A stretch of 64,000 nt of DNA from Octopus bimaculoides (taxonomy: Eukaryota). Numbering within the stretch: position 1 is the stretch's first letter; each line of letters opens with the position of its first letter. The position numbers and the translations under genes are program-made. The stretch is taken from contig NC_068981.1 in the NCBI RefSeq assembly GCF_001194135.2, positions 199,205,348-199,269,347 on the forward strand. The letters are read 5' to 3'. The notes under the pieces were generated by a model. The model made no database searches, was not told the origin of the DNA, and saw only the letters and a list, made by a program, of their open reading frames with translations. Positions 50,870 through 63,580 of the stretch are shown here, one piece after another.

Positions 50870-53800
50870 CATTATTTTGAACCTCCTCTAATATGTAGAA
50901 TTTGGTCAATGATGGAGTTTGATGCTGCTGCCCTCATCTATGTTTCCTGCCGTGAGGTAGGCTCGTCTGGCACCCGTAACAGGAAGAGATCCAGTTTTGT
51001 TTTAAAGACACGTCCACACCATGCAGGTCTCTCAGGCATTTGGAAGGATATTAAAGAGCTGTGGGCCCTTGATGCCCAAGCTGTCGCAGTATCTGGTCCT
51101 GGATTTTGATGGTGATGCTGGGATCTTTGGAACTATGCAGTGGCACCTCGTTCTACAGTTTGAATGACTTTCAATACCAAAGTTTGGTACAAGGCCTTCT
51201 AGGATTTTCCAGATATATATCACTGCATATCTCTCCCGCCTTCGTTCCAGGGAGAAGAGTTTTAATTCGTTAAGTCTTTCCCTGGAGCTGACATGTTGCA
51301 TCGATACGATTTTCCTAGTGTAGCTTCGTTGGATTGCTTCGAGTTCCGCCGTAGATATTTTATTGTGTGGTGACCAAAGATGGGAGCAATAGTCTAAGCG
51401 GCTGAGAACGTATACCCTCCAGAGGATCATCAATGTCTCCTTTTCTCTTGTTTTGAAAGTTCGGAGGATCCATCCAACCAGCCGTCTGCATTTTATTACC
51501 AAAATTAATAATATACACTTGGAAAGATGCATCGTTGCTCATGTCAATGCTCAAGTCAGGCACTGATTTTGATTCAGAGATTTCAATTCCTCCTGGGCCA
51601 GTGTATTCTGTCTGCATGTTGTTTAGCTTTGTGTACTGGTAGCGTAGGGCCTGGGATTTTCCTGCATTAAACTGCATGTTGTTGTCCTCAGCCCACCTGT
51701 ATATTGCGTCCAACTCTCGTTGCAGATGTGCAATATTTCCAGGATTTTGAATTGTCTGAGAGACTTTTGTGTCATCTGCATAGCTAGCAAGGGTAGCTAT
51801 CTGAGCAGCCGAGGGCATGTCTGGAGGGCCACTATGAACAGCAATGGGCCCCAAGTCAGTGCCCTGTGGAACACCACTTGCTATTTGCGTTTCCTTGGAA
51901 GTGGCCCCATTGGCCGCTACTGCCTGACGTCTATCCTTCAGAAAGTTGTGCAGCCATTCTCCAAGTTTACCACATATGCCCAGATCGCGCAGTTTGTGAC
52001 ATATTATACCATGGTCAGCTTTGTCAAAGGCTTTTGCAAAGTCGAGATGTATCACATCCACGCTTGAGTTATCAGCAGCTGTTTTAACACCCAGTCGTAG
52101 TGTTGCAGGAACTGTGTCAGACAGCTTCTACATGGACGAAATCCATGCTGCGTGTCAGTTAATAAGTCATTTTCTTCTAGGAACGTGATTAGTTTCTTGC
52201 GGACTATTCGTTCCACAACTTTACTGATATGTGATGTCAGAGAGATAGGCCTATAATTTTTAGCATCTGCTCTACTTCCTCCCTTAGGGACAGGGCATAT
52301 TATCCCTTCCTTCAGTTTGTTTGGAAGCTTACCATTTGCAAAGAAGCTCTGGAAGAGAAGCTGCAGTGGTTTTGTAAGAGCTCGCTTGCATGATTTGAGT
52401 AGGACGGCTGGCCACCCATCCGAGCCAGCAGCTGAGTTTGTGTCAACCTCATCTTTGGCCAGCATTACATCTTCTTCTTCAATGTTTATATATTCAATTC
52501 TTCCTTAAACCTCTTTGGTTTTAGGTAATGTAGCAAAGAAATCCGCTGGTTTATTCACTTGCTTGTGTTCCAGCGGTGTAGTGAACACACTTTGCAACTG
52601 TTCGTCCAGTATTTCACTTATCCTCATGGGGTTTCCTGTGAGAGAGCCATTTTTTTTGGAAGAGGGGTCCTATCTTGTGGCGTATTGAGGCTGTTTCTTT
52701 GGCAAACTTAAAGAAAGCTTTAGGGTTCGACCTGATATTTTCTATAATCCAAGCTTCTTTATTTGCTCTCTCCTTTTCATGAGACTGATGCAGAAGTTTC
52801 TCAATTTCCCATAGCACTCCTTCCAGACGAAACTTCTCGCCACTTTTGGGATGCTTGCTCAGGCGGTTCGTAATCTTTGTTGTCTCATAAGAATCTTCCT
52901 TTCTCTGGGGATCCTGTTTTTGTGTATGTTGGTCTTGCACAATGGGACAGATTTGTCACATATGGCTTGTATTATGGACATGAAATGTTTTTATCTCATG
53001 TCAATGTCTGGTGTGGAGAGACATTCAGACCAATCCTGTTTGAGGATCTCTTTCTCAATCAACTTCCAATTTACTTTGCGAAAATTTAGTTTGGAGAGAT
53101 TTTGGGTGCTTTGTATAGGCTGTATGTCTGCTGAAGCTTTTGGTCCAGATATATAGACAGCTTTATTATATTGTGATCCGAGATCAGCGTCGGTGTCACT
53201 TTAACATTATGGATTATGTCCATATTGTTTGCGAAGCAGAGATCCAGTATATTATTTACCCTGGTTGGTTGCAGCACGACTTGTTCCATGAAAGAGGCAT
53301 TGGTAAGGTGGAGCAGGAACTCTGCCTGTGCTTGCTGTTGGTGTGTCATTCCTGGGAGAATCTGGCCCCTAGGCCATCCCATGTTTGGGAAGTTAAAGTC
53401 GCCCAAAAGGGATACATTAATGTGTTGTTCTAGCTTGATGAGAACTTCTATCTTTGCTAGGCATTCTTGCCTGTATGACTCGGAGCATCTGGTGAGCGAT
53501 ATGTAGTACATATAGCAATATTAAGTTGTCTTATGGGTACAATTTGAGTGTCACACACTGAATTAGAGGGCGTGAGGTCCTCTCGGATGTACACAGCAAC
53601 TCCACCATGATTCCTCTCCTTTCTCTCTGAGCGTATGACAACATATTGTGGTATTTGTATTTCCGCATCCCCTATATCAGGTCTAAGATGCGTTTCTACA
53701 AGTGCCATGCATAAAGCTTGATTGCATGCCGCAAGGTCTCTCAAGAATGAGATTTTTGATTTACAGTTGCTATGCAACAGCCCTCCTACGTTCAGAAGAA

Positions 53801-54015
53801 ATGTCTTTGTGATGTGTGTATGTTGATGTTAGTGGTGGCCATTCTGTATCTGTTGTTGGTTGTGGCCTTGTGTGGTGGCGGGCATGGTTCCAGGCTTGGG
53901 TTTGAAGCCAGGTCAGATACTGGACAATCTTTTGTGCCATACACAAAAAAGATTGCAGTTCAGCTGCCACCCTTTTCACACCCGGGTGAATCTGGCCATT
54001 TGCTGGGCAGCGCAC
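50870..54015 (-). mobile_element. Near-full-length CR1/L2-group LINE: ORF1 relic, APE and RT, frameshifted
   Basis: APE: ALVETHL, NHGGVAVY, LLGDFNFP, NNILDLCF, ISDHNII. RT: NYRPISLTSHISKVVERIV, QHGFR, DVIHLDFAKAFDK, SGVPQGT, YADDTK. C-terminal VLSRLDYCSHLWSP and LFSLERRRERY. Confidence 0.92.
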
Positions 54016-54019
54016 TACA

Positions 54020-54290
54020 TCTGTGTATCTTATAAGTTAAAAAATTTAATGAATTTATTCCTTGTCCTATCAGTTGCTTGTGTGAAGGAGCCAGATATGG
54101 CGAATAAGGCATCGTCTCTATACAGGCCACAGATAATATTAGGGAATTCTTCCTTAATTTTTGAGAGTAGAAATAGGCCAACAATGACTGTGACCCGGGC
54201 AAAATCTGAGCTTTCTATTGTAACATCAAAGTTGTTGTGAAGGTCAGATCGGGTCCACGTCCTATTTTTGAAGGATATCAGTGCCACCAT
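54020..54290 (-). mobile_element. Penelope 5' segment (RT core)
   Basis: FDVTIESSDFARVTVIVGLFLLSKI...GLYRDDAL...DRTRNKFIKFF. Confidence 0.85.
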
Positions 54291-54294
54291 CTAT

Positions 54295-55230
54295 CAGAGG
54301 TCAAGCCCTACTGAAAAGTAAAGATAACTCAACCCTCCTTGAAAATAATGCTGAGGTCAATTCAAGATTGACCTCAACACTTTGAAGCGCTCAATTGTTC
54401 GAAGGCTTCTGACATTGCAAAACAGCCAGAAGTTAGTCCAAGAATGTGTGCTACATATCTGCATAAGCTTGGGTATTATGGACGAGCAGCTAGAAGACAA
54501 CCTCTCCTTCAACCAATTAATATCATGAAAAGAAAGAAATGGGCTAAGGAGATGTCAGAAAAATCCAGTTCATTTTGGGATAGAGTGATTTTCCCAGATG
54601 AAAAAGATTTGCATTATTTTCAGACAGTGGACGTGTTTGGGTCTAGAGGTTTCCCAATCAAGAATTGATTTGAAAAGACTCCAACCAACTGTAATGGCAT
54701 GAGAAGCTGTCACCAGCAATGGTCGTTCTGAGCTGATCAAATGTGTTGGAACCATAAACTCTGAAAAATACATCGAAATACTTAAGCAAGGACTACTTCT
54801 GATATATTCACACGATAACATAACGAAAAATGGTTTTCATTCATGGAAGATGGGACTCCATGCCACACAGCAAAGAGGAATCAACAATGGTTGACTGAAC
54901 ATGGGATCAAAAAGCTTCCTTTGTCGAGCCAATCTCCTGACATGAACCCAATTGAAAATCTAGATAGAGCTATATGAAAAACCCGACAGAAACCTAAATC
55001 TAAAGATGAACTTTTTTTAGATTGTTGCGTGAAAAGTGGGCAGAAATTCCACAAGAGACAATCACAAAACTCATCAGTTCAATGCCAAAAAGAGTTTCTG
55101 AATTAAAACCTGCAAAGGGAATGTCAACTAAATACTAATGTATGTAGTCCTACCTATCGATTATATTTGAATTGTTCGCTTTGCATATTAAATAAAAGAT
55201 TTTGAAAATTAAAGGTGTCTATTTACTTCC
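54295..55230 (+). mobile_element. Tc1-family transposon (D,D34E), 5'-truncated and frameshifted
   Basis: LHKLGYYGRAARRQPLL...RKKWAKE...WDRVIFPDE, a F.(ME)DG.PCH segment, and SQSPDMNPIENL; candidate right TIR near 55205-55230. Confidence 0.88.
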
Positions 55231-55424
55231 TGCATGTGTGTGTGTGTGTGTGTATGTGTGTGTGTGTGTATACATCACTACACCATCAGCATCATCATCA
55301 TCATCATCCATATATCCCCATTGAATCATTCTCACAACAAACCCCCTTAACATTCCCTCCCTCTACCTGTTCCCACTCATTACATCCTGCCTCCCTTCCA
55401 TCTACCCCCCTGTTTTGGCAATCT

Positions 55425-55486
55425 TCTGACTTGCCAGCTCTTATCAAAACTGTCCAACCCATGCCAGCATGGAAAACAAATGTTAA

Positions 55487-55518
<32 letters not shown>

Positions 55519-55530
55519 GATGCTGATGAT
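55425..55530 (+). mobile_element. RTE 3' end with long trinucleotide tail
   Basis: 'gtccaacccatgccagcatggaaaacaaatgttaaatgatgatgat'. Confidence 0.8.
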
Positions 55531-56870
55531 GACGAGTCTCTCTCCTAAGTCTTGACCTCAAAAGGTATTTAAAAATTGCTGTGGTGTTTTCCAAACGTTA
55601 ATGATATATTTTGCTGACACAAGCTTTAAATAAATGCTCTCTGTTATTAGCAGAGACATCAGCACATTATACCAATTTTTGTCTTTTAGCTATTTCTCTT
55701 TTATGTGGCAGAGTTCCACGTTTCAGCCATTGCACACAGACTCCTCACATCAAACCATAAAATTCTATGATAAGAGTGAATAAAGCAGTGTATGTGTATT
55801 TTAAATGGCTATAATAACACAATGGAATGTAATTGTTACCACAGTTTCTTTTACACAGAGACTGGCTTTTTTTTTTTTCTTTGGCAATAAATTTAATATC
55901 AAGAAAGAAAACAATATCGTAGTCAAGATTTCCAAATTCTTGATGTAGTGTGACAGTTGAATAAATGTAGCAATACATTGCACCAAAGTGAAATATAGTT
56001 TCCATTAATGACAAAGGTTTGTGAGACAAACTGGGAGGTGGAATTGTCTAAAAGTCAAAAATGTTCCTGTTACAGACAAAGAACGTTTTTAATACCATTT
56101 CAGATTTACATTCATTATTTACGATAAAAAAACAAAAAAGATGAAATAAAAATACACATTTGCAGAAATATATTTTTTCTTTTATCCAAATAAAGAAGCA
56201 GAGTTGTTAAAGTGGTGAATAAGGATACCTTGGAATATTTGTCCAGAGTTCAAATCATTCCAACGTTTACTTTTCATTTTGTCCTTTCAGAGTTGGTACA
56301 TTTAATTACTAGGCAGTGGATTAGTAGAATTGTTAATGATTTAGTGGAATGTCAGCTGAGATTCTTTGTGGTATCTGTTCTGACTTTTTGGGGCGGTTTG
56401 AGATCAAGTTCTGTCTCCTATCATCATCCTTCTCATAACCTCTTCATGGAAAACTGTTCCTTTAGGTTACAACTAACAGTGACAGGTCTCCGGTGTTGAT
56501 GGAACAATATTTCAGTCACAACAACAATTTCACATTAGCAAGATAAATGCTAGGATAGAAACAAAATCTTCATCAAAATCTTTGTGGTATTAATTACTTT
56601 GGCATATCTATTCTTGTTTAGCACAAAAGAAGTTTAGTTCGCTTTTAGTAAGAAAAGAAAAACGTGCAACAGTGACAAATGAATCATTTCTGTGCACTTT
56701 GTAAATGGAATGAATGGTAGAGTCAATGGCACCAATCTCAGAAAGCCACGGCTGCAAAGCTGCCATTCTCATGCATTTTCTTGGTCCTCTCTATGCCTTC
56801 CTCTGACTCGTCTGTTTTCTTTTTATCAGTATCAGGTGCCTTCAGATTTTTCCTGTTGATGGTTATGAGT

Positions 56871-56973
56871 TCACAATTCTGCATTAGAAGGAGGCAGCCT
56901 TGTAACATGGTCCACAAAGAGACAAGAAGCGATAATCAGGGCATTGTGAGTGACTGGGCATTGAGGACGGTTA
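56871..56973 (-). CDS. Candidate terminal exon resembling a phospholipid-scramblase C-terminal helix
   Basis: After 'ccccag' the frame reads NRPQCPVTHNALIIASCLFVDHVTRLPPSNAEL*. NALIIASCLFVDH aligns by eye with KAVMIGACFLIDF of PLSCR1 (recalled). No upstream exons identified. Confidence 0.2.
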
Positions 56974-59144
56974 CTGGGGATGCATTTTGACAGTAGAAAC
57001 AGAATCTTTAACTGGATGCTGACCCATGTTATCACACATCAATCTGTGATAAATGTAACATGGTTCATTATTGAGTGTGTCATGTTATCCCAGACTGGTG
57101 ATAAATCAGTGATAATCAACGATATATTTAATAGTTATTATTGATGCAATTACTATTAATTCTGCGCTGTTAATTACTCACAATAGATTAGATAACGAGG
57201 GTGCCACCACAGTTCTTTCTATGGTACTAATTGCAATAACTACCTAGAACAGCATAGTACTTCATTTGAAGATCTTTGGTTGCAAGGAAATCTGATATAT
57301 GACCCCAACCAAGAAATAAGATTCTTAGAACTCTGGCACCATTATAACAATAAAATAAACAACAATTAAATAAAGAATATTTCTTATGACTATTCTTTCA
57401 GAAATTTGTAAATTAACTCTTATTCAAGAAAATAATTAATAGTGAAAGAAATAGTACCAATAGCAAAAGGCAATCTTTATTTGCAACGTAATGTGGACAT
57501 TGTAACTGGAAATATACTGGAAGCTATTTGTGAGTTAAATGACAAGTTTCTTGGAAGGGAAGTGATTCGGTTGATTAAATTGAGGAAAAAAAAAAAGAAG
57601 TTAAATCTTCCTTTTAAAAGCAGGAAAGTCAATGAAGTAATTATAAAAACGAAGACAGAATGTCTGGAAGGTACAAATGAAAACATTCAGTAAAATTTAA
57701 ATCTGATTTTGACAAATGGAGATTATGAAGTACATTGGAATGTAGAATATAATGCCTAAATGTCACTAATTTCTAATGTAGGGAAAACAACTTGATTATC
57801 AAAAAAAAATTTTTTTCTTCATATCAATTTTAAAACAAGAACCTAATCAATTTCTTACTGAATAAATCGAGAACATATGATGAAGTGCATCTTAAAAGAT
57901 CTTATGATAAATGAAATTTTCCTTTTGTAATTAAGAATAAAGTTCTTTTTTTTCCCTTTTCTGTAAAACTTGAAAGTTCAATTATACTTACAGGGGAAGG
58001 TGGTTGTTTGTCTAAAAACTAAATTTTTTCCCCCTCTGCTTTAAACAGAAATCCATATACTTCACTTCCATCTGATCAATACCCACTGGGAGCATGGTTC
58101 ACAAGAAATCACTAAAGTAGGGTGAAGAGAATTTAGTCTTCAATTATTGTGGAAACATAATTATTTGCTCTCGCTAGCATTAATCATTCAAGCATGAAAA
58201 TGAGACGTGTTTGCAGCTAGGTTGAGTGACACAAATAGAATTATATGTTTTACCTGAGGGAACAACTAACTGTATCCACTGATGTTAAGTCTCATATCGA
58301 ATGATAAACCATTTATTTCATCATATCAAGGTGATAATAAATAATACAAACATCAAATGTCTGGATATTACACAACAATATTTACTTTCAGCTGTGTTCT
58401 CCAAACAATAATTAAATATCATGACTTCATTATACAAACATATGTGCGTGTGGCCTTCATCTATTTTCCAGTAATATTAGTAATATAAATGAGGTGAGAT
58501 GACAATAATTAGATATGAAAATCTGTTCACAGCCAAGCTGATGCTTGACTTGCTAGAAATAGCAGCCTAATCTCCATCAAATAACATCCTACGAATTATC
58601 TAAGGAGAGGACAAACACATTCAGACATGGTGGCTTCTGGTGGGAACCCATTATGACCATTTGTGTTGACACCACTCGCTTGGACCCATCATCTCTGGTC
58701 TGTTGCATCGTTTAGTCCCTTCACCCTTACTTCCTATCATCTCCAACAACATTTCCTTCAAACACACAACACCCTTCTCCATTCCTGCCTGATTCATATC
58801 ATGATGACCCATCCAATTTATGCCAGCTTGAAAAGTGGATGTAAAATGATGATGACGACGATGACAGCGATGACGATGACGATGATGATGGTGTTCGTTG
58901 TTTTTGTGGTTTATGAATTCAACAAATTAAGGAATTTTCAGGATTCTTGATTTGATTTAACTTCTCAGGTGACCTGCTTCTCATGGGATTATAAACTGAT
59001 ATACTTTGACCTTGGGTTATAAACAGATATACTATTTAAGATCCTGGAGAAGCTACAGGGTTATAAAAAAGAAGCACTGAAGTTGGTCATTTATGCAGGT
59101 TTGTACTACATTAAAGGGGATTATTTATCCACTGAGTTGTAAAT

Positions 59145-59222
59145 TTTAGCATTCAAACTGGCCAAATCCAGCTGAAATATTCTACTCATTTCATGTTTAA
59201 ACCAGCTAGATCCGGCCTGCAT
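59145..59222. mobile_element. Fragment of a short non-autonomous DNA element
   Basis: Internal repeat 'aaactggccaaatccagc / aaaccagctagatccggcc'; recalled as a common octopus MITE-like repeat. Confidence 0.35.
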
Positions 59223-59329
59223 TAAAAATCTTCCTTCACAGAAAATTTCCCACCAACTTACACACCTGGTTCACAATCAAATGAATTCAATTTTTTCAAG
59301 CATAATTTATTTTCTTTTGAAGATTGTTT

Positions 59330-59755
59330 TATGTGTGTGTGAACACACATCCCACATGCACAGGAGTACACATGTACACATACATTCATGCATGCCCTGT
59401 ACAAGCATAAACATACATACAGATACATAGATTAGAACTCACACATACATATATACACATATATACACCCATACCTGCAGATGCAAAATATACATATAAA
59501 CACACATGCTCATTCACATATACATACATATCTATATACACAGAAACACACATACACAGAATATATACAGATACACTTAGATGTGTTCACACACTCAATA
59601 TAGACACACATACATACATATACATATATGCACACAAACACACACACACACACACATACACATGCACACACACACACACACACACACACAAGCATGCACA
59701 CATATGCACACACACACGTGTGTACATTCATACATATGCATATATTTGTGAATAT

Positions 59756-59811
<56 letters not shown>

Positions 59812-60030
59812 TTAACGCCTGTTTCCTGTGCTAGCACGGGTTTGATGGTTCAGCAGCAGTGTGGGTGGGGGTGGGGGGTGAACCAGAGGGCTACATCCAG
59901 CTCCAGTGTCTTCTTCAAACTGGTTTCTAGGGCTGGATGCCCTTCCTAACCGTAATCCTTTTGCAGTATGCACTGGCAGCTATTATTGTGGCACCGGCAC
60001 TAGTGATGCCATCAATTAACTGGCAAGACA
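59330..60030 (-). repeat. CA/CATA low-complexity tract followed by a long (CAT)n tail and RTE 3' end (59758-60030)
   Basis: Directly visible; 'catcatttaacgcctgtttcctgtgctagcacggg', 'ggatgcccttcctaac'. Confidence 0.8.
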
Positions 60031-61594
60031 AAGACCCCACCCCCTGAGCTGCATGGAGGAAGTAGTAATGAGGAAGGGGGTGATGAGGGGACAGGGGCAG
60101 GTATTTTGATGAAGAGGAGACACATGGTCACCCTTGTTGGAAGAGAGAAAAGATGGTGGTGGAGATGCATCAGGGCCTACCCTCAAACTACAGAAGGGGG
60201 TGGATATAAGAGGAGTGGTATGGGTGGGTGGGTAAGTTTGTGTGAGTATGAGAGGTGAGTGGTTGATGGATTGAGAGGAGGGGTTGAGGGGAATGCAGTG
60301 AGTGGTGACCACAAGGTCAGGTTGTATATTGGCTTTTTTGTTATGTCTGTGGAAGTTGACATTTTTCTTGAAGAACATGAAATAATTTGACAGAAAAATG
60401 TGAGAAACACAAATCCATTTTGTCTGTTGGTTATTTGCGAGACATACACAACCATTTGAAAGAACTGACTCTTGGAAATTGAATTAGATTCCAGATTCAA
60501 AACAAACCGGTTGTGATGTCTTTAAACAGTTTAGGCATTTAAGAGAAAAGGACTCACTTTGGATGCAGAAAACTGATAAAGAACATTTTCCTTCTGATCC
60601 CTATGTTTGAGGAAAGAATTGGAGAATATTTGGAAAGAAGGAAAGTTTGAGCAGTTGTTGGGGTTTCAGAATTTGCTGGAGAAGGGCATTCCAAGAAGAA
60701 CTATTGACTCAACCTGACAATCATTCTTACTGAATACAGAAGCTACCAAAACCTTAAAGAGTGGTTGGCTTAAACTACAACTAGTTCAGAAGAGCTACAA
60801 CTAATTCAGAAGAGTAGAGGCTGTTGGAGCAGCAGGGTAGAAGAGAGAAGGAGATGACATAGTGTGTCTCTGAGTTGGTGGGTGTTATATTGATGAATTG
60901 GAGAGATTGCTGTTGCAGATTCAGTGTGTATTTGTGTGTCTGCTGTGATATTTTGATGGGTAGAGCATTGCCAATGGCTTTCTGTGGAGTTGTTGGAGGC
61001 AAAGATATTTGAATGTTGCCACAGAATCAACAGTACAATTGTCCCATTCACATAAGCAACCCTTGAACGTGAGACTTCAGTCCATTTCTTGTCCTTCAGC
61101 TGTTTACCATTAAATGTGCCAGCCTCACAGAAAACACCATCGTTATTTGAACATAAAACTATAAATGACTGATCAAATCTGGAAGATAATACTACATCTT
61201 GTAATTAATGAGCAAGGAAAAGGTTTATTATCGTTAATTCTTGATTTAAATTTAGATGCTATTAATGTGTGCAGCATCTGTGTGTTTTAAACAATATTAT
61301 CAGACAAGAAGCAATTATGAATGATGAAGATGATGTAATGATGGCTGACAACTGCTTGGTCGATAATGAGAACAGAAAATATTCAATGTGAACATGCTTT
61401 TCTATTCAATTAATCATGAAGCTAATATAATAATTAATTTTACTGTTAAGTGATTCTTGAACATAGAAGATGACATTGAAAATGACCGAAGCTGTACTCA
61501 TGCATAGAAACACGCAGACAGGGAAACCAATGACTTATCTATAAGGCAGCAGTGGCATCAGCAGTGGCATTGTCAGTGTTGGGGTCAGTGTTGC

Positions 61595-61870
61595 CAGCAT
61601 TGGCATCAACATCATCATCATCATCATCATCAACAACATCATCATCATCATCATCATCATCATTTAATGTCTGTTTTCCTTTGTGGCAGGGGTTGGACAG
61701 TTTGACAGGAGTTGGCAAATTAGAAGGCTGCATCAGGTTCCAATTGTCTGGTTTGGTATAGTTTCTATGGCTGGATGCCTTTCCTAATGCCAACCACTTT
61801 ACAGCGTGTAGTGAGTGCTTTTCATGTGGCACCAGCACTGGTGAGGTTACCAAGTAACTTATGAGACAAG
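61595..61870 (-). mobile_element. RTE 3' end
   Basis: (CAT)n followed by 'ttaatgtctgttttcc...ggatgcctttcctaatgccaaccac'. Confidence 0.82.
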
Positions 61871-62849
61871 ACACCACAACTGAGGTAAGGCGAGGGGGAA
61901 TATTGAGGGAAGTGGCTTTATGCTCAGTGACAAGAGGTTAGAATACGAATAGAAGGGGGCAGAAATAGGTGTCTTGCAGTAAAGGACATAGATGGCTACC
62001 TCAATTGAGAAAGAGAGAGAGAGAGAAGGAGGGAGAGGGAGAGCGAGAAGGGGGGAGGGAGAGAAAGAGAGATGGTAAAGATGTGACGGTGGGGTACACT
62101 CAAGTTACAGGGAAGTTTATACAAGTGATGTGGAAGCAAAGGTTTTGATTGGTGAAGTTGTTGGATAAGTTTGTGAGATTGTGAAAGGTGAGTGGGACAA
62201 TGAAGAGGAAGGACTATTGTGAGCAGATACTACTACAGCAGGGGGCAGAGATTTGTCAGGGGCAGATTGTCTGCTTTTATTGCCTTGATCTGACTTAGCT
62301 TGACATGTCTTCTCAAGCTCTGCAAATTACAAATCATCTTGGTTCTTTATCATCTTCTCTGTGAGTCTCAGCATCTGGAAATCATTTTCATCCATATCAT
62401 CCCAGGTCTTCCTAGCCCTACCAAGCACAACAGTGTAGCTTCTCCTGTATTGAAGATGGGGGTCACAGTATGGTCTCAATCCAATGATAAAAAACAATAA
62501 AACAATGAAGAAATTCTTAGAAGAAAAGAAAGAAAACCAATATTATGATAATCAATTACATATAAATATAAATATCAATTAAAATAATTTCAAATTACAA
62601 TATTTCGTAAATGTTGGTATCTGTGGTTCCTCAGGGTCGAAGATGATTGTCCAATGTGGAGGTCAGGGTTTGATCCATAAATCCTATCATAGACCAGGTG
62701 TTTGGTGTTTCTGTTGAGCTGCCCATGTTGTGTTGTGTCAAAATCTTGGCCTTTGTCCAACGTCTGCCCTTCTGTTCTTTATGCACCAAGCAATCTCAAT
62801 CATCCACATTAACACTTCATTTTACCAAATTTCCTTTAGATATGTCATT

Positions 62850-63252
62850 GGTGGCTCTGTGGTTTAGAAGTTTGCTTCCTAACCACATAGTTCCAGGTTC
62901 AGTCCCACTGTGTGGCACCTTGGCCAGTATTTTCCACTATAGCCCTGGGTAGGCCAAAACCTTGTGAGTAGATTTGGTAGATGGAAACTGAAAGGAGCCC
63001 ACCATATATATGTGTCTGTGTGCGATTGTTTCTGTCTTCTTCCTTGCTTTGACGTCATGTGACAGCTGTAAAAGAGTGTCACTGTCATACAAGCAGTGTC
63101 ATTCATTTCCAATATTCTTCTGTGAGAACATTACTTTGTTTAGAAACAAGTGAAGGTTAGTGACAGGAAGAACATCTGGTCAGAAAACTTACCTCAACAA
63201 ATTCTATCCAACCCATTCAAGCATCAGAGGACATTAAAATAACGATGATGAT
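62850..63252 (+). mobile_element. tRNA-derived SINE with an RTE-like 3' tail
   Basis: A-box/B-box head ('gtggctctgtggtt', 'ggttcagtccc'), distinct body, and end 'gacaggaagaacatctgg...ccaacccattcaagcat...aacgatgatgat'. Confidence 0.75.
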
Positions 63253-63460
63253 ACTCTCTCTCTCTGTCCTCCACATATGTGCTTTTATTCTATCATCCGG
63301 CGGTAAAGCCAAACTATGGGAGAAAATACTTGCTCAACATGCTGCACTTGCTGCACAGTAGCATCAAACATAGACAGATATGACTGCCAAGAAAAGTTCT
63401 TAATCCATCAGCCAAATCCGTTTGTGCTTAGAAATTAGTTGATGGATTCTGCTATCAATG

Positions 63461-63580
63461 TCTGTGGTGTTAATTAATGCTGGAGCTACTGTCTGTGTCA
63501 GTTGCTAATTAGAGTCAGAACTGTTATCTCTGTGAAGTGTTAATTAATGCTGGAGCTGGTGTCTCTGATGTTGCTAAAAT
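63461..63580. repeat. Imperfect 70-bp tandem duplication
   Basis: 'gtgttaattaatgctggagct' at 63467 and 63537. Confidence 0.8.

Noticed and set aside
50870-54015. An intact, active LINE or mariner
   Set aside because: Both ORFs are broken into several frames by stops and frameshifts
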